Notes: a model not told the origin generated them from the letters alone. 62,970 nucleotides of DNA, filler included, from Octopus bimaculoides (GCF_001194135.2; 6 parts of 6 records of this genome joined end to end with filler, not necessarily neighbours in it), one strand, 5' to 3'; shown: positions 36,801-50,930, numbered from the whole stretch's first letter. Numbers and translations: made by a program.

Positions 36801-39800
36801 GATGCTCAGAATATGTTGTATAAATATCAGGGTCCTCGGGTCGCCTTGGAAACAAGGTCACCTTTTAAATGACCTGAGATCATTTAGTGTAGATGTAGCA
36901 ACCACTAGTGAACCTAGAATATCCGACCCATGGGATCGCATCACCCTTTTCGCTGGATACGAGATTTTTCTATCTCCGTTTCGGCCGGGGGGGGACGGCG
37001 GTGGTACTGTGGTGCTTTTCCGGAAAGGTCTGGATTTGAAAATATAGGTGGGCTTCCTGGATTCAGAAGGCAAGTTAGTGGTATTAGATGTGAACAGCAG
37101 TGACGGCGGGCTTTCAGAATGGTGGCTGCCAATGCTCCGACAGGGGCAGGGCGGTCTCGGACTTTAGTGTTAGTAGGGAATTAAAACGCTGTCTTAGATG
37201 GACGTTTCGATTGCGTGGGAGTATCTGATAGGAGAGAGGGCTGCATAAGCCTCAAAGACCTGCTCAGAAGTTTTCAATTATCTGACAGGTACCGAGTAGA
37301 TTACACGAATGTGCCAGTATGGACTTGGACAAACCGCATCGTGTCATCTAGATTGTATTTAGATCGAGTATTCTTTAGGCCAACGGACAAGGATAGCATA
37401 AGGTGTCCACAATTTTACATGGTCGGCTACGCAGACCACAAATTTGTGATCTCTACGGTCGACTTAGATAGACTTCATGGACAGGGTCCCGGTTACTGAA
37501 AGCTGAGCACGTCGTTACCAGCATGTCAAGCTTACAGACACCGGATTAGCGTTTTAGTTAAGAGGGCATTGACGAGCGCAATCGTCAAAAATGACTAGTG
37601 GTTTGCTCTTACAAAGGCAATTAGAGTAAAATCAATTAGGTTTAGCAAGGCAATAACGATAGAACGAAATAGAATAGCGGTTGATTTAGTTAGAAAGCTA
37701 GATGAGTTGCATAGGATAGGCATCGCAACCGACGTGTTGGCGGCGAGGTTAGCCCTCGACCAATTTTTCGATGCCAAACACGAAGGTTGTGTTGTCAGAG
37801 CTAAGACACGTTCACTAAGTGGGGAGGGAACGAAATCGTCACGATGGGCCCACGTGGCGGAGCCGAAAAGCTGCAATAAAGCCACCGTTCGGTCTTCGGT
37901 GAACCAGGACAGGCGCGAGGTGTTCGAACCGAAACAGATGTGGGTGGCTTTCCAGCAACATTTTGCTCGACTATTCAGGACGGATGGTAGGACGGATAAC
38001 AGGGCAGACTTCGGTGTGTACCTGGACGGCTTGCCACTACACTCGATGAGCGAGGTGGAGGGCTACAAGCCTATAATAGTCGCGGAGATACAGGAAGCAA
38101 TGAAGAGCTGCACGAGAGGCAGATTGCTGGGTTTGGATGGTTTGTCCTACGAGCTTTATATTTCGATGCCAGATTTGTTTGCGGGCCTCTTAGCAGGTGA
38201 CTACAGCAACTGGCAGCAGTATGCGAAAATTCCCCCTATTGTCTGTCGAGGGGCGGTGGCACCGATGAGAAAGGACCCAAATTGGGAGAGGGGACATTAT
38301 AAAAATGTCAGGCCCATCACTGTGCTCCATGCATAGTTGAAGATTTGGGCCAAGGTGTTAGCCAAGAGGTTGGCGCTTGTGGACAAGCTGCTTGGTGAGG
38401 CACAAACAAGCGCCATCCCAACGAGGCCTATTCGCAACAATCTCCACCTTATGAGCTACATAATAGGGATGGTGGGTAAAGAAGATGGCATGGGTGGGGC
38501 TCTGATCAATTTAGAACAATCTAAAGCCTTTGATAGGGTCGACCATCAATACTTGGCAGCTGTTCTCAGGGCAGCCAGTTTCGGTCCAGTTTTCTGCTTT
38601 GTAGAGCAGCGTCTGCTCGGTTGTTCGGGTGAATGTTCACCAGTCGGAGCCATTCAGCATCTTGCGTTCGGTTTGTCAAGAGTGCCCTCTCTCCTCCCTT
38701 CTCTATGTAGTGACTCTTGAGCCATTACTGCAGAAGCTGGAGGCTTTGAGGAGGGTTCCCCGTGATCTAGAATGTGAGAGAGTGTGTCTGCTTACGCTGA
38801 CGATGTCACCGTCATAGTATCGAGCCACAGGCATATAGACCTAATTAGCGATACACTAAAAGAATATGAAGCGGTGACAGGAGCAAAAATTAACGCGAAA
38901 ATGTCAGGAGGCTTGCAACTCGGCACCTGGAAAGGCGAGTCCATGCTGTCCAACAGCGTTGTCGAGCGCTGGACAAACGGTCCGGTTAAATTGCTCTAAG
39001 TCTAGTTTTAGTCCAGATTTCCAGGTGTAGAAAAGCTGGGACGAGCTGACGAGCAGAGTAGACAATCTCACTCAGAAATGGGTGAGATTGAATGAACAAG
39101 AGGAGGTAGTGAATGCATACATCGCATCCATCATCTATTACTGCTTGATCGTCGTCCCTTGCCCCGTTTGCTGGTTGACCAAGCTGGTACGCTTACGCTT
39201 CCGTTTTCTGTGGAAAAGGGTCGTTTCACTGGTCAGGAGGTGCTCCATCTGCTGTCAACAGCCGCTAAATGAAGGGTTGGGCATGCCGTGGTTGCTGATG
39301 CACAGACATGCGCTCAGGCTACGGCATCTCCAGCGTTTCCTTGACGGTGAGCAGGTGTGATCACCATTTGTCAGACTCACTATCCCACAGCTCGTCTATT
39401 TGACTGCAAACCTGGATTAGCTGTAGACCGAGAAGGGGCGCTTGGCACCTTGAGTACCGTCAAGAACTCACAACCCTTTGACAGGCGTGCAATGCGGTCA
39501 GTGGTAATTTCACTCTAGCATTCTATAGAGGGCTAGTAGAGGGAAAGTGCAACGACGTTCTCGGTGAACATCTGGGGATCAATGAAGATCAGCTAACCGG
39601 TCTGTTTCGGAGAACTTTCGTGCCTGGATCTATGGATAACTTCTAGAAATCACTCACCTGGCAGTGCAACCGAGGGTCGCTGCCTGTTAGGGATGAACTC
39701 TACAGGCATGGAAGTGCCGTCAGCCGGGCTGCCCGACGTGTGCGTAGAGCGATGAAACCTTTCTGCACGCCCTGGTCCAGTGCCCGAATATTGGTTTATG

Positions 39801-40136
39801 TCGAACACCTGCTGGTGCGTATGGGACGGATCCGACTATCAGCTGAATCCATAGTGAAGATTGCCCCGCCGCCCTCCTTTTGCCGGAAGAAGCGGACAGT
39901 TTTTTATTAGTCTGGTGGCAGTAGCGAAAAAGGTATTATGGTGGACCCATTTGAGAGGGCTAAAGACAGACACTCTCCCCTTTGGCCAAGCCCTCATCAA
40001 CTTTTTCAAGTTTCTCTTGAAAAGGAAGTTGAGGGTGGAGAGGGAAGTGTTGTCTTGTAGCAAGTTTGTTGAAAGGTGGGTGAATGTTCGAAGAAGGGCC
40101 AGTGTCAAAGGACCATTTCTGAGCATGCATCTGTAA
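36796..40136 (+). pseudogene. Tx1 ORF2 pseudogene (AP endonuclease and reverse transcriptase)
   Basis: MLRICCINIRVLG, YLDRVF, YADHKFV, RPITVL, AFDRVDH (38526-38546), SVCQECPLSSLLY, YADD (38793-38804) and CP.CA...ETFLHALVQCP. Disrupted by stops and frameshifts. Confidence 0.92.
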
Positions 40137-40378
40137 AAACAAAAATTAAAGGCGAAGGGCTCTTGCTCTGTTGATCAGTGCACCCGTGGCTTTTGTGGGG
40201 TTTTCCGCGAAGACCTTAGAGCGCCTCCCTTATTGGGAGTTTTAATTTGTTTAATTATTTTTATTGTTTTTCAAACGTTTACACGCTGTAAAACCCATTG
40301 CATCGTCCCATTTTCCTGTTATGTTGTTGCATGTCACTTAATGTCATTTCTATGTAAGCCCTTGCGGCAAATAAAAGA

Positions 40379-40525
<147 letters not shown>

Positions 40526-41704
40526 CATCATTGCAATTATCATCATCTATAATATTTTATTTGATATGTATTTAACATGTGTACATTGAGAACAATAAAT
40601 ATGTTTTGTTTTTTAATGTTTTACCGATATTTGTGTTAAGCCTTCTTTTCATCTCACCGTTAATTTCTTACCTGGAAGCACTTTAATGTCATCTCATTAG
40701 CTGTGTTAACGGTATACCTAGCATATACTTTTCAAGCTTTTGACACTTCTAAGTGGTATCTTATTTGCTATAGTTTGCTTTTATCTTTTGAAGGTGTCAA
40801 AAGTTCTAAATTCCAAAGAGACATTGTGTAACCGCAGTGGCAGTCGCTAATTGTTACTCCAGTCTTCCGTTCAAACAACAAAACCACAAACTACTGCAAC
40901 AATAAGAAAAAAGACTGTGAGGTAGGTTAAAGGTGGGCGCATTTTGTGGGGTTATTTGTTTGTTCGTTTGTTTTATTCCCAGTTTATTTTATTTTTCAGT
41001 CTTTTATATCATTAAGAATGAAAAGGCGAAAATAAAGATCAAGACAGAGAACATGCACAGGTGAGTAAGGTGACAGCTATTAAATAGAATGCATGTGAAA
41101 ATATTGGTGTCACAGCAGAGAATAACATATTAAATACAAAGGAATATAAAATGGTAATAATAATAAAAATAATTTTAAAGAATAGCAAGGATAGAAAACA
41201 TTTCTTTTTAAAAAAAAAAATTATTGCAAAAGAAAACTAAGAACAAAAAATGTAAAAGGGGAAATAGAAAAAGAAAAATAACAAAAAAAAAATAATAAAT
41301 AAAACGTCGAGGCCGACAGGGAAAATGACAATGAGAATAAAGTTGAATGCTGATGAATTAAATAATAATGATAACAAAATTTAACTGTTCTTTCTTTCAT
41401 TGCCACCAGAGCCCATTCATACATACATAAATTGCATTACAAGGGTGTTAAAAAATATGTGGAGATATGCAGTCAGAATTTAAATATATTTATTTAAATG
41501 GTAGCATGAAGACGGGCAGGGAATATTTTAAGTTTTTTAAAATTCTTTTCTAACTTCATAAAATTTTTAGAATATACACAACATGATTAAGAACCATCAA
41601 TTTTTTTTAAAAAACCAACCCACTTCCACACGGGTGAATTTGAAAAGAGTGATCTATGATACTGATCACTTCTTGTTTCAATATACCCGGTATATATGTA
41701 TTGT

Positions 41705-42135
41705 CTAAGGCAGTGAACTTGCAGAACCGTTAGCACACCGGCGAAATACTTAGCGATATTTCGTCTGTTTTTACGTTCTGAGTTTAGATTCCGCCGAGGT
41801 CGACTTTGCCTTTCATCCTTTCAGGGTCGATAAATTAAATACCAGTTACGCACTGGGATCGATGTAATCGACTTAACCCCCTTGTCTGTCCTTGTTTGTC
41901 CCTTCTATGTTTTGCCCCTTGTGGGCAATAAAGAAATAAGAAACGTTAGCACGCCGGGCGAAATGCTTAGCGATATTTCGTCTGTCTTTACGTTCTGAGT
42001 TCAAATTCCGCCGACGTCGACTTTGCCTTTCATCCTATCGGGGTCGATAAATTAAGTACCAATTGCGTACTGGGGTCGATCTAATCAACTGGCCCCTACC
42101 AAAAAATTTTGGATTTTGTGCCTTGAGTAGAAAAA
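41705..42135 (+). mobile_element. SINE family A head-to-tail dimer
   Basis: Monomer 1 (41705-41938) ends in the Tx1-like tail. Monomer 2 starts at AGAAACGTTAGC (41939) and ends in the ordinary tail. Confidence 0.92.
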
Positions 42136-42559
42136 AGGCATGAACACTTCGGATGTTGGAATGATGAGAGAGTCACGTTTCACTGTTGACTAAATTATAA
42201 CGCATTCATAAACTTGTAACATGAGTTTCTTCAACAGTCTGCCGTTTGCAAGTTCTTCATATCACCTCTCAAAACTGAAAGTTTACCTTCAGATTTGTAT
42301 AAGTCCTTCGTCTATGTGTTGTCTACTATTATACACGTCATATCTTTATAAGATTAGAGAAGTTCTTACACGCATTTTCAATTCGTCGTTTTATGGAGGA
42401 CGTTTTCCGCTTTAAGAAAATTAATTTTACCAATTTCTTTCTCTCTTACCACTACTATGGCAGCTTATTATTCGTGTTTATTGTCCACCCTAACAACGAC
42501 AGCAGCAGCAGCAGCAACTACAATAACAGTGCTGATGGTGGACTCTTCGGTCGAAGATA

Positions 42560-42838
42560 ACGCATGAGTGAGTGTTCACATTTTTGCCGAACGACCTGAA
42601 CAAATGATTTGTTTATAGTGATCAAATGTATGTATTGGACATTAGCTCATTCTCTCCATTAAATCGACGTTGTCTGAACAGGGGCACTGTGTGCCATGCA
42701 TCAGGTGTCAAAGTGATCACAGAGTGATGTGAGATGAAGTATTTTGCTCAAGAACACAAAGCAGTACCCAGCCTAGGAATTGAAACCAGGATTTCGGAAG
42801 CGTGAATAACACACTCTAACCACTAGGTCATACGTCTC
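42560..42838 (-). mobile_element. SINE family C-like, degenerate
   Basis: Minus-strand head tatgacctagtggttagagtg...ggtttcaattcctaggc, a tRNA-like A/B-box pair. Confidence 0.55.
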
Positions 42839-42871
<33 letters not shown>

Positions 42872-42891
42872 TGATGATGATGATGATGATG

Positions 42892-45800
42892 ATTTCTTCA
42901 TTAACCACAATTAAGAAAGCATTATGAACAGTACAGGACAAAACAAAAGAATGTGTGTGTATGCGTGTGTATGTGTGTTGTTGTAAAGGTTTTGCGTGTA
43001 AATAAGACTAACAAAATAAAATTGAAAAATCAACAATGTGTAATCCTCAATAGGGAGGAGACGTTCGATGGCTGCTCATGGACAAAACCCCATAAAAAAC
43101 CATGGGTACCCTGACTTTAGGGGCAGGTGACTTTTTCCTTGCTTTTTTTTTTTTCCCCTACTACAGACGTATGTCGGGGCAGGTCATTCATTTGCACCAT
43201 TCTCGCCCCTTCCATCCACCTTTCAGCAAACTGGTTAGAAGACAACACTTCCCTCTCTACCCTTATTTTCCTTTTCAAATGAAACTTAAAGAAGTTGATC
43301 AGGGATTGGCCAAAGAGAAAAGTGCTTGTCTTCAACCCTCCTATCTTGTGCATACAGGACCATCTCGTCGTTCTGCGCGCATCTTGGACATACTCGGCTG
43401 ATGGCACTTCCGTACCTGTAAAGTTTATCTTAAACAGGCAAAGCTCCCTGGTAGCACTGTCAGACCAGAGATTTTTCGAAATCATCCATTGCTCCCGACC
43501 CGATATTTCTCCGGAAAAGAGTGGCGAGCTGATCTTCTTCGAGGTCCAAGGTCTCCGCAAGAACGTCATCGCACTTTCCTTCCACTAATCCTCTATAAAA
43601 ATCTAAAGTGGACGTTCCACATATTGCAATGTCCAAATGTTTCCCCTCGGTCTCTGTTTTACCCAGGGCTGCATTAAAGAAACTAGTTGCGGAAATACAT
43701 GTCTGGCGAACGGCGACCACACCTATTCAAGGAAGTACTGGAGTGTTGCAACCTGAGCGCATGTCTACGCATCATCAACCGCGGTATGCCCAGGCTAACA
43801 CGCAACGGGTGTTGACAGCAGATAGACCGCCTGACCATCGGGACGCATCCCTTCCACAAGAAGCGAAAGAGCATGCGCTCGAGCGTAATAAGATAGAGGC
43901 CGGGACAAAGCACGACGGTCAAGCGACAGTAGCTGATGGACGCGATATGCATGTTAGCCACCACTGCCTGACCTTTCAGAGATAGCTTTCTCTCGGCCCA
44001 TTTCAGGGTGAGAGTAGTCACCTTGATCATTGTCATCTCCCAGTTTTTGTCCATCTAGAGGTCCGGACCTAACCAGACCCCGAACAATTTAACCGGTCCA
44101 TCCGTCCAGCGCCCAACGACGGCATTAATTTTTTCCTGGCTAATCGTCGCACCTGAAACCGTCTCGTAGTCCCTAGGAGCGGTGCCGATCATTTCTATGT
44201 GCTTCTGATCCGACACCACTATGGTGATTTCGTCGGCATAAGCCGACACGCATCTCCCACATCCTAGGTCACGCGGGATGCCTCTCAACGCCTCCAGTTT
44301 GCGTAATAGTGGCTCGAGAGTCAGTACATTCAAGAGAGACGAGAGGGAGCAACCTTGCCGGACCGAGCGCATGATGTTGAACGGCTCTGAGAGGTGACCG
44401 TTCATTCTGATCAATGAACGGGTGCCCACTGTGCATTGCAGTGATGCAACCCCTGAATACAAGCCCGAAATCAGCTGCCTTGAGGACCGGCGTCAGGTAT
44501 AGATGGTCGACCCTATCGAAACCTTTAGACTGATCTAAATTGATCAGGGCACCACCTGTGCTAGGTTCTTTAGCTACGTTCTCAATTATGAATTCACATG
44601 AGGTAGAGGTTGTCGTGGATATTTTCGGGATGGCGCCTGGCTGTNNNNNNNNNNNNNNNNNNNNNNNNNNNNNNNNNNNNNNNNNNNNNNNNNNNNNNNN
44701 NNNNNNNNNNNNNNNNNNNNNNNNNNNNNNNNNNNNNNNNNNNNNNNNNNNNNNNNNNNNNNNNNNNNNNNNNNNNNNNNNNNNNNNNNNNNNNNNNNNN
44801 NNNNNNNNNNNNNNNNNNNNNNNNNNNNNNNNNNNNNNNNNNNNNNNNNNNNNNNNNNNNNNNNNNNNNNNNNNNNNNNNNNNNNNNNNNNNNNNNNNNN
44901 NNNNNNNNNNNNNNNNNNNNNNNNNNNNNNNNNNNNNNNNNNNNNNNNNNNNNNNNNNNNNNNNNNNNNNNNNNNNNNNNNNNNNNNNNNNNNNNNNNNN
45001 NNNNNNNNNNNNNNNNNNNNNNNNNNNNNNNNNNNNNNNNNNNNNNNNNNNNNNNNNNNNNNNNNNNNNNNNNNNNNNNNNNNNNNNNNNNNNNNNNNNN
45101 NNNNNNNNNNNNNNNNNNNNNNNNNNNNNNNNNNNNNNNNNNNNNNNNNNNNNNNNNNNNNNNNNNNNCAAAGCCTGTCACCGGCCTTTCACAACGCTCT
45201 GCCTCCGTCGCCGATAGCCGCGACAGCCCATCGAGGTAAGACGTGAAATCCATCCTGCGACCCGGTTCACCGCTGCTCCCGAACAGTCGAGCGAAGCTCC
45301 GCTGAAAGGCCGCACATTTCTATCTCAGATCAGTTATTATTTACCCTTTGTGGTCCGATTGGATCGTGGATTTATTGCCACCCCGTGCTTCTCCATTCGG
45401 GGCCATTGAACGGTTTTCATCCATTCGTGCTTAAGTGCTCGTGCCTTAGCTCTGAGAACCCAACCTTCGTGTTTTCCATTGAAGAATTGGCCGGGTGCCA
45501 ATTTCGCTGTGAGTACGAGGGTCGCGATGCCTTTTCTAACAGCCTCGTCTGACATCTTGACTAGCTCTGCCTCTACTCTGTTTCTTTCTACTGCTAGTAC
45601 TTCATTAAACCTTAGCGATTCTATTCCAATCGTTCTTTACAGAGCGAACCACCATTATTTCTCCCGTCAACGCCCTCTTAACTAGTTCACTAATCCGGTC
45701 TCTGAAATCTTTACGCGCCCGCAACGACGCGTTCAGCTTCGAGCAACTGGGTCCCTGTCTATGAAGCTTATCTAAGTCGACTGTACCGATCACGGATTTG

Positions 45801-46790
45801 TGGTATGTGTAGTTGACTGCTTTAAGTTGTGGACAACCTATGCTATCCTTATTTGCTACTATACAAAATACCCTATCTAGATACGATCTGGCTGACCCGA
45901 TGCTGTTTGAACAGGTCCACACTGGCATATCAGGGAAATCCAGTCGATACCTGTGAGACAGTTGGAATCGTTTGAGCAGGTTTGCGAGGCATTTGCACCC
46001 TCCTCTCCAATCTGCTAAACTCACAGTCGCACTTTACATCTAAAACACCATTTCAATCCCCCACTAACACTAAAGAGCGGGACGTTCCCAGGAAAGTTTC
46101 AAGATATCTGAAGAAATCTGGTCGTCCTGCTCTTGTCAGATCATAGACGGCAAGTGGCCTGAACGTATGTCCTTCGCTGTCTGCCACGTCCAGGACCACC
46201 GACTTAACCTCTAGATCCAGGAAGATCGTCCATATTGCAAGATCCAGATTTTTCGGAACCATCACGGCGACTCCGCCTCTCGCACCCGGAACACTTGGAG
46301 ATGCGTACAACTCATTGTCACCGAAATGGGTTGAAAGTCCCGTGAGTGGGAAGTTCTGGTTTCACTAATGGCCACCATGTCGACATTCAGTGCTCTGAAG
46401 TCGTTGAGTAGGTAACCCCGCTTCCAAGGCAACCCCAGGTCACGTACATTTACGCTGCCTATTCTGTACACGACCATGTTGTCAGTAAAGGAAAAGAAAA
46501 GGAAAACTTAATTGGGTTTTTTTTTCTTTGAGGTGCGGATTGCCCGTCCAACCATTTGACTTGGGGTGTTTCCATCAGTAAATCACCAAGAATTCTCTTG
46601 GTGATATTCCTTCGTAAATCTCCGATTTCCTATGGGAATTTGGGTTTCTAAGTGTGTGTATGTGTTTTGTGTTGTTTGAATGACTTGCATGTTTGCAGGT
46701 AGGGAGATTGTGGGTGTGACAGAATACTCTGGTGTAATGTTTGTGTGTTATGTACTTCATTAATTCATTGATTTTTGTGCTTTTTGCCAT
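42892..46790 (-). mobile_element. L1/Tx1-clade LINE, second copy (ORF2 remnant, end of ORF1, one internal gap)
   Basis: MVVYRIGSVNVRDLG, LVLVGD, SARSYLDRVF, GFDRVDH, SVRQGCSLSSLL and SAYADE. It is homologous to 36796-40136, and its 3' end abuts (ATC)n(ATT)n. Confidence 0.92.
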
Positions 46791-46802
46791 GTAGTTTGTA
46801 AT

Positions 46803-46874
<72 letters not shown>

Positions 46875-46984
46875 TTGTTTCCAAAAAATGGTGGTGCTCC
46901 TGCATGGCCGTAGTCAATTACCTGAAACAAATAGAAGAGTAAAAGAGTAAGACCTCCCATGAACTAGTCTTTTCAGACAGCACC

Positions 46985-48166
46985 AAGCCGCATGTAATGG
47001 CATAGAATAGAACCACTGCGTGCCACACATGTTGCAGCACTAACCAACTAAGGTCTACAAAATGAGACAATGCTGTTGTGGCTGCCGGCACTGCAGCTAC
47101 GACAACAACAATTGCATCAGCGACTTCTACAAAGTTAGAAACAGCAACAGCGGAAGCAACAGAAACAATAAGAATGGTACGTCAGCTGCAGGTATCGACA
47201 CTTATACCTTCCATAACATCAAAATTGTGTGTTTGTGTGTCGAAGAGAACCTCTCTCCAAAAATACTGAACATAAACGACACTGAGGCACATGCACCAAC
47301 TAGTATTTTGTCTCATTCTTCTCTGATTTCTACAATTCTTTCAAAATCCGGTCAGTTGACGAGGCAAAGAAGTCTAAAGCAGGAAAGCCTGTGACTGTCA
47401 GTTGGAAGAGAAAGAAAATCGTCACCCAGATAGAAAGGAAAAAAGAAGAAGAAAATCTGATGGGTAGATGGAATGTCAAAGTCCCCCAAACCAGAAACCA
47501 ACGACCAAAACTATCGCGATAATATTAACAACAACACAAACAACAAAAACAACCAAGACACAACCAGAAGAACTATAAAAACAACCAAAGGTGCAACCCA
47601 ATCGAATAATACCAAGCAGCAGAACAAAATCAACGACAGGAAAAAGGACAGCCACAACAGCAACGTAAGAAAACCAAACAAACAAAAATATCAAGACCAA
47701 CAACAGTTAATACAACACAGAGATATAACTCCTCGACTTCCCTGTTTTCCAAAAGGTTAATACTGAATTAGCGGAGCATGTAATACAAGACGACAAACAA
47801 ATACAAATAAGGAAGGATGTCGCGAACAGTCTTCTCTCAAAGGCAGCAGCCGATAGACTTCTGGTGAGGGCTACAATGCAAGTCTACAAACAATTGCTGC
47901 TGAAATTCCCACATGACATAGGGGATTTTCAAAGTTTAACCCATCTCACACAGACAGCCAGCTCTCTTCTTTCCGTCAATCATACTTTGTCTCGTCACAT
48001 AAATACAGCAGTAAGATATTTTCTCCAATCATTCTTCGCCGTACCGTTTCCTCTTGAGTACGCTTCTCTCCTATCCGCATTTGCGCGAAAACATCGAACT
48101 ACATCAACGAGCCTGAAAAAGTTTATGGACGCACTCTATCTTGCCTGGTTAGCGAGGGACCTGTAA
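46985..48166 (+). pseudogene. Tx1-like ORF1 C-terminal remnant
   Basis: Thr/Ala-rich and basic low-complexity segment, then an open frame 47728-48166 containing RATMQVYKQLLLKFPHDIGDFQ, which aligns with MTEQNYNVIKTIFPEAVGLLQ in the ORF1 at 36563-36800. Confidence 0.55.
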
Positions 48167-48674
48167 TACAGTGACACGTTCTGAAGGAAATAGCCGCTGT
48201 GTTTTTATCAATATCTCATTGGTTCTTTTAATTATTCATATTATTTTTCTAATGAATCAGAGATACTTGATAACGTGATGCTGGTTGTAATACGCTGAGA
48301 ACAAAACTGGCATGGATATTGCTGGAATAACTTCGTTAATATATGTGATCGTTCAGAACTTCTTAGAAATTAGGAAAATATAATAATGACAACGCATAAC
48401 ACGGGAGACAACCACCAATATATTTAAATGTCTTGTGAAATTTAGATTTCATATAAAAACTACACGTCACTCATTTATAGAGTAAATGGAAGGTGTATAG
48501 AACATGTCTATGAAAATCTTATGGGAGGATACAAATCAACCGAGTTATTAAACTTCACAATTTGTATTTGGTAGTCTTTTTTCTACGGCCGTTAGTCGCG
48601 AGACGAATAGGCTTGGCCAGTAAGCTTGAACTTTGAGGTAGTATATTACAAACGAAGGTTTTGATGCACACAAA

Positions 48675-48742
<68 letters not shown>

Positions 48743-48770
48743 TACACAAAAGTTTGTGTAAATGCATATA

Positions 48771-48825
<55 letters not shown>

Positions 48826-49073
48826 GTATGTACGTATGTATGTATGTATGTATGTATATATAAAGAGAGAGAGAGAGAGAAACAGACAGATAGACTATTG
48901 TATGTATACATATGTATATAAATACTTGACAGTCCATTGTAAATATACATATATACACATACATATACACATATGCATATATATACACATACATACACCT
49001 ACACATACACACATATATTGCGACATGTACATGTAAATATATGTCTATACATATGTGTGATTATGCATGTATG

Positions 49074-49116
<43 letters not shown>

Positions 49117-49549
49117 NNNNNNNNNNNNNNNNNNNNNNNNNNNNNNNNNNNNNNNNNNNNTTAATTAATTAANNNNNNNNNNNNNNNNNNNNNNNNNNNN
49201 NNNNNNNNNNNNNNNNATATATATATATATATATATATACATACATACATATACACACACATATATACATATACATATATATTATATATATATATGTAAT
49301 ATATATATATATATATGTGTAGGCACATATACATACACATACGAGTGTGCAATAAAACTGTAGGTAAGATATAGGGAGTATAAAATAGAAACTTCCTTTT
49401 ATGGTTATCACCCCCCACCCAGACACATAATACACACTTTTATATATATACATGTATGTAAATGTATGTATATAAATGTATGTATATAATTGTATGTATG
49501 AATGTATATTTGTGTGTCTGTACATATATATATAAATGCAACTGTATGA

Positions 49550-49576
49550 ATGCGTGTATATCTATCTATCTATCTA

Positions 49577-49608
<32 letters not shown>

Positions 49609-49655
49609 CCTGTCTATCTATCTATCTATCTGTTTGTCTGTCTGTCTGCCTGTCC

Positions 49656-49743
<88 letters not shown>
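49550..49743. repeat. (TCTA)n/(TCTG)n tetranucleotide microsatellite
   Basis: Directly visible. Confidence 0.97.
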
Positions 49744-49744
<1 letters not shown>

Positions 49745-50350
49745 AACACATCATACACCCAATGATCCTGGTGTTTGTAAGACTATAGGTAAAGATATAT
49801 AAAGTATAAAATAGAGACTTCCTTATTTGGTTATCAAAATAATCTTTCATTAAAAAATAGTTTCGAAACAGAAAAACGAGGCGAGCATCCCAAATCTGAT
49901 GCTGGCCCGGCTGAGTCAGCGGACAAGATTCTTCTTCCATTGCATCTTCTCTCTAATTCACGTTGGGTGTTTATTTTGAGAAATGTTGGTTGTTAACATA
50001 ATCTGCCTCTTCCTTCGTCACTGGTGGGTAGATGGTTGCGCCTTTTTACCTTGTGCTACGACCTGCTAGAAAAGGGCAGCTAAATAGACCCCCAACTCAC
50101 ATCCTATCATCTAGCCATCTACTAAGCTATCCTTGCCTTTCACCATCTCACCTACTCATCAGCTTTAACCATCTGTCTGTGCGTCCTTCCATCTGCCAAC
50201 TTCTGCCACCTCATCCGCCCCCTCATTCCCGCTATCCATCCCTGTCATCCATCCACCCACCCACCCACCTATTCTGCCGCACCCCGTTATTTGTTTGTAA
50301 CAAACTTTTATACACTCGGCAACAAATATGCGCGAACCAAGTGAAGTGTC

Positions 50351-50532
50351 TCTACGTGGTCGCTCAACACGCAAGAAATAACAGCCAAGAAGTAGGCATT
50401 TACGCAATCGCTCAAAATGCTAGAAATAACAGGCAAAAGAAAGACCACTACGTGGTTGCTCAATGCTAGATTTAATATCCAAGAAGGAGGTCACTCAGTG
50501 GTTGCCTAATATGCTAGAAATAACAGCCAAAA
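50351..50532 (+). repeat. Four degenerate tandem units of about 46-49 bp
   Basis: Core ctacgtggtcgctcaa..tgctagaaataacagccaa. The same motif occurs singly in reverse near 8410-8480, 14190-14270 and 52430-52490. Confidence 0.8.
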
Positions 50533-50759
50533 GAGAGAAAGAACAAGAGAAAGAGCGAAAGAGAAAGGGGGGGGGGGTATCTGAGGTATATAATAATATA
50601 GAGAAAATGCAGTTAAAGCATCCAATTAGTTGCTCGGAGATCAGTCCCTATAGGCGTTCCTTCCTTCCGTCCCCTTCTATCTTTCTCTCCATCACCCTAT
50701 TAGGATCAGCTGATCCCCGCATGGTTCTTGTTATTATTGTCATAAATCGTGTACAAAAG

Positions 50760-50930
50760 CCTTGCGGTATTTAATTACGGTCCTAAGATCTGAGTTCAAA
50801 TCCCACCGCAGCCAATTTTGCCTTTTATCTTTCCGGGATCGATAAAATATAATGCTAAACAAATACAGGGATCCATATCATATATTCGACTTATTCCCTC
50901 TCCAACCCAAACAATTTCTGGCCTGTTGCC
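50760..50930 (+). mobile_element. SINE family A, partial
   Basis: tctgagttcaaatcccaccgcagccaattttgccttttatctttccgggatcgataaaat...aatttctggcctgttgcct. Confidence 0.75.

Noticed and set aside
50351-50532. CRISPR-like repeat-spacer appearance
   Set aside because: The context is eukaryotic, the units are degenerate, the linkers are only about 10 nt, there are no cas genes, and the core is a dispersed repeat.
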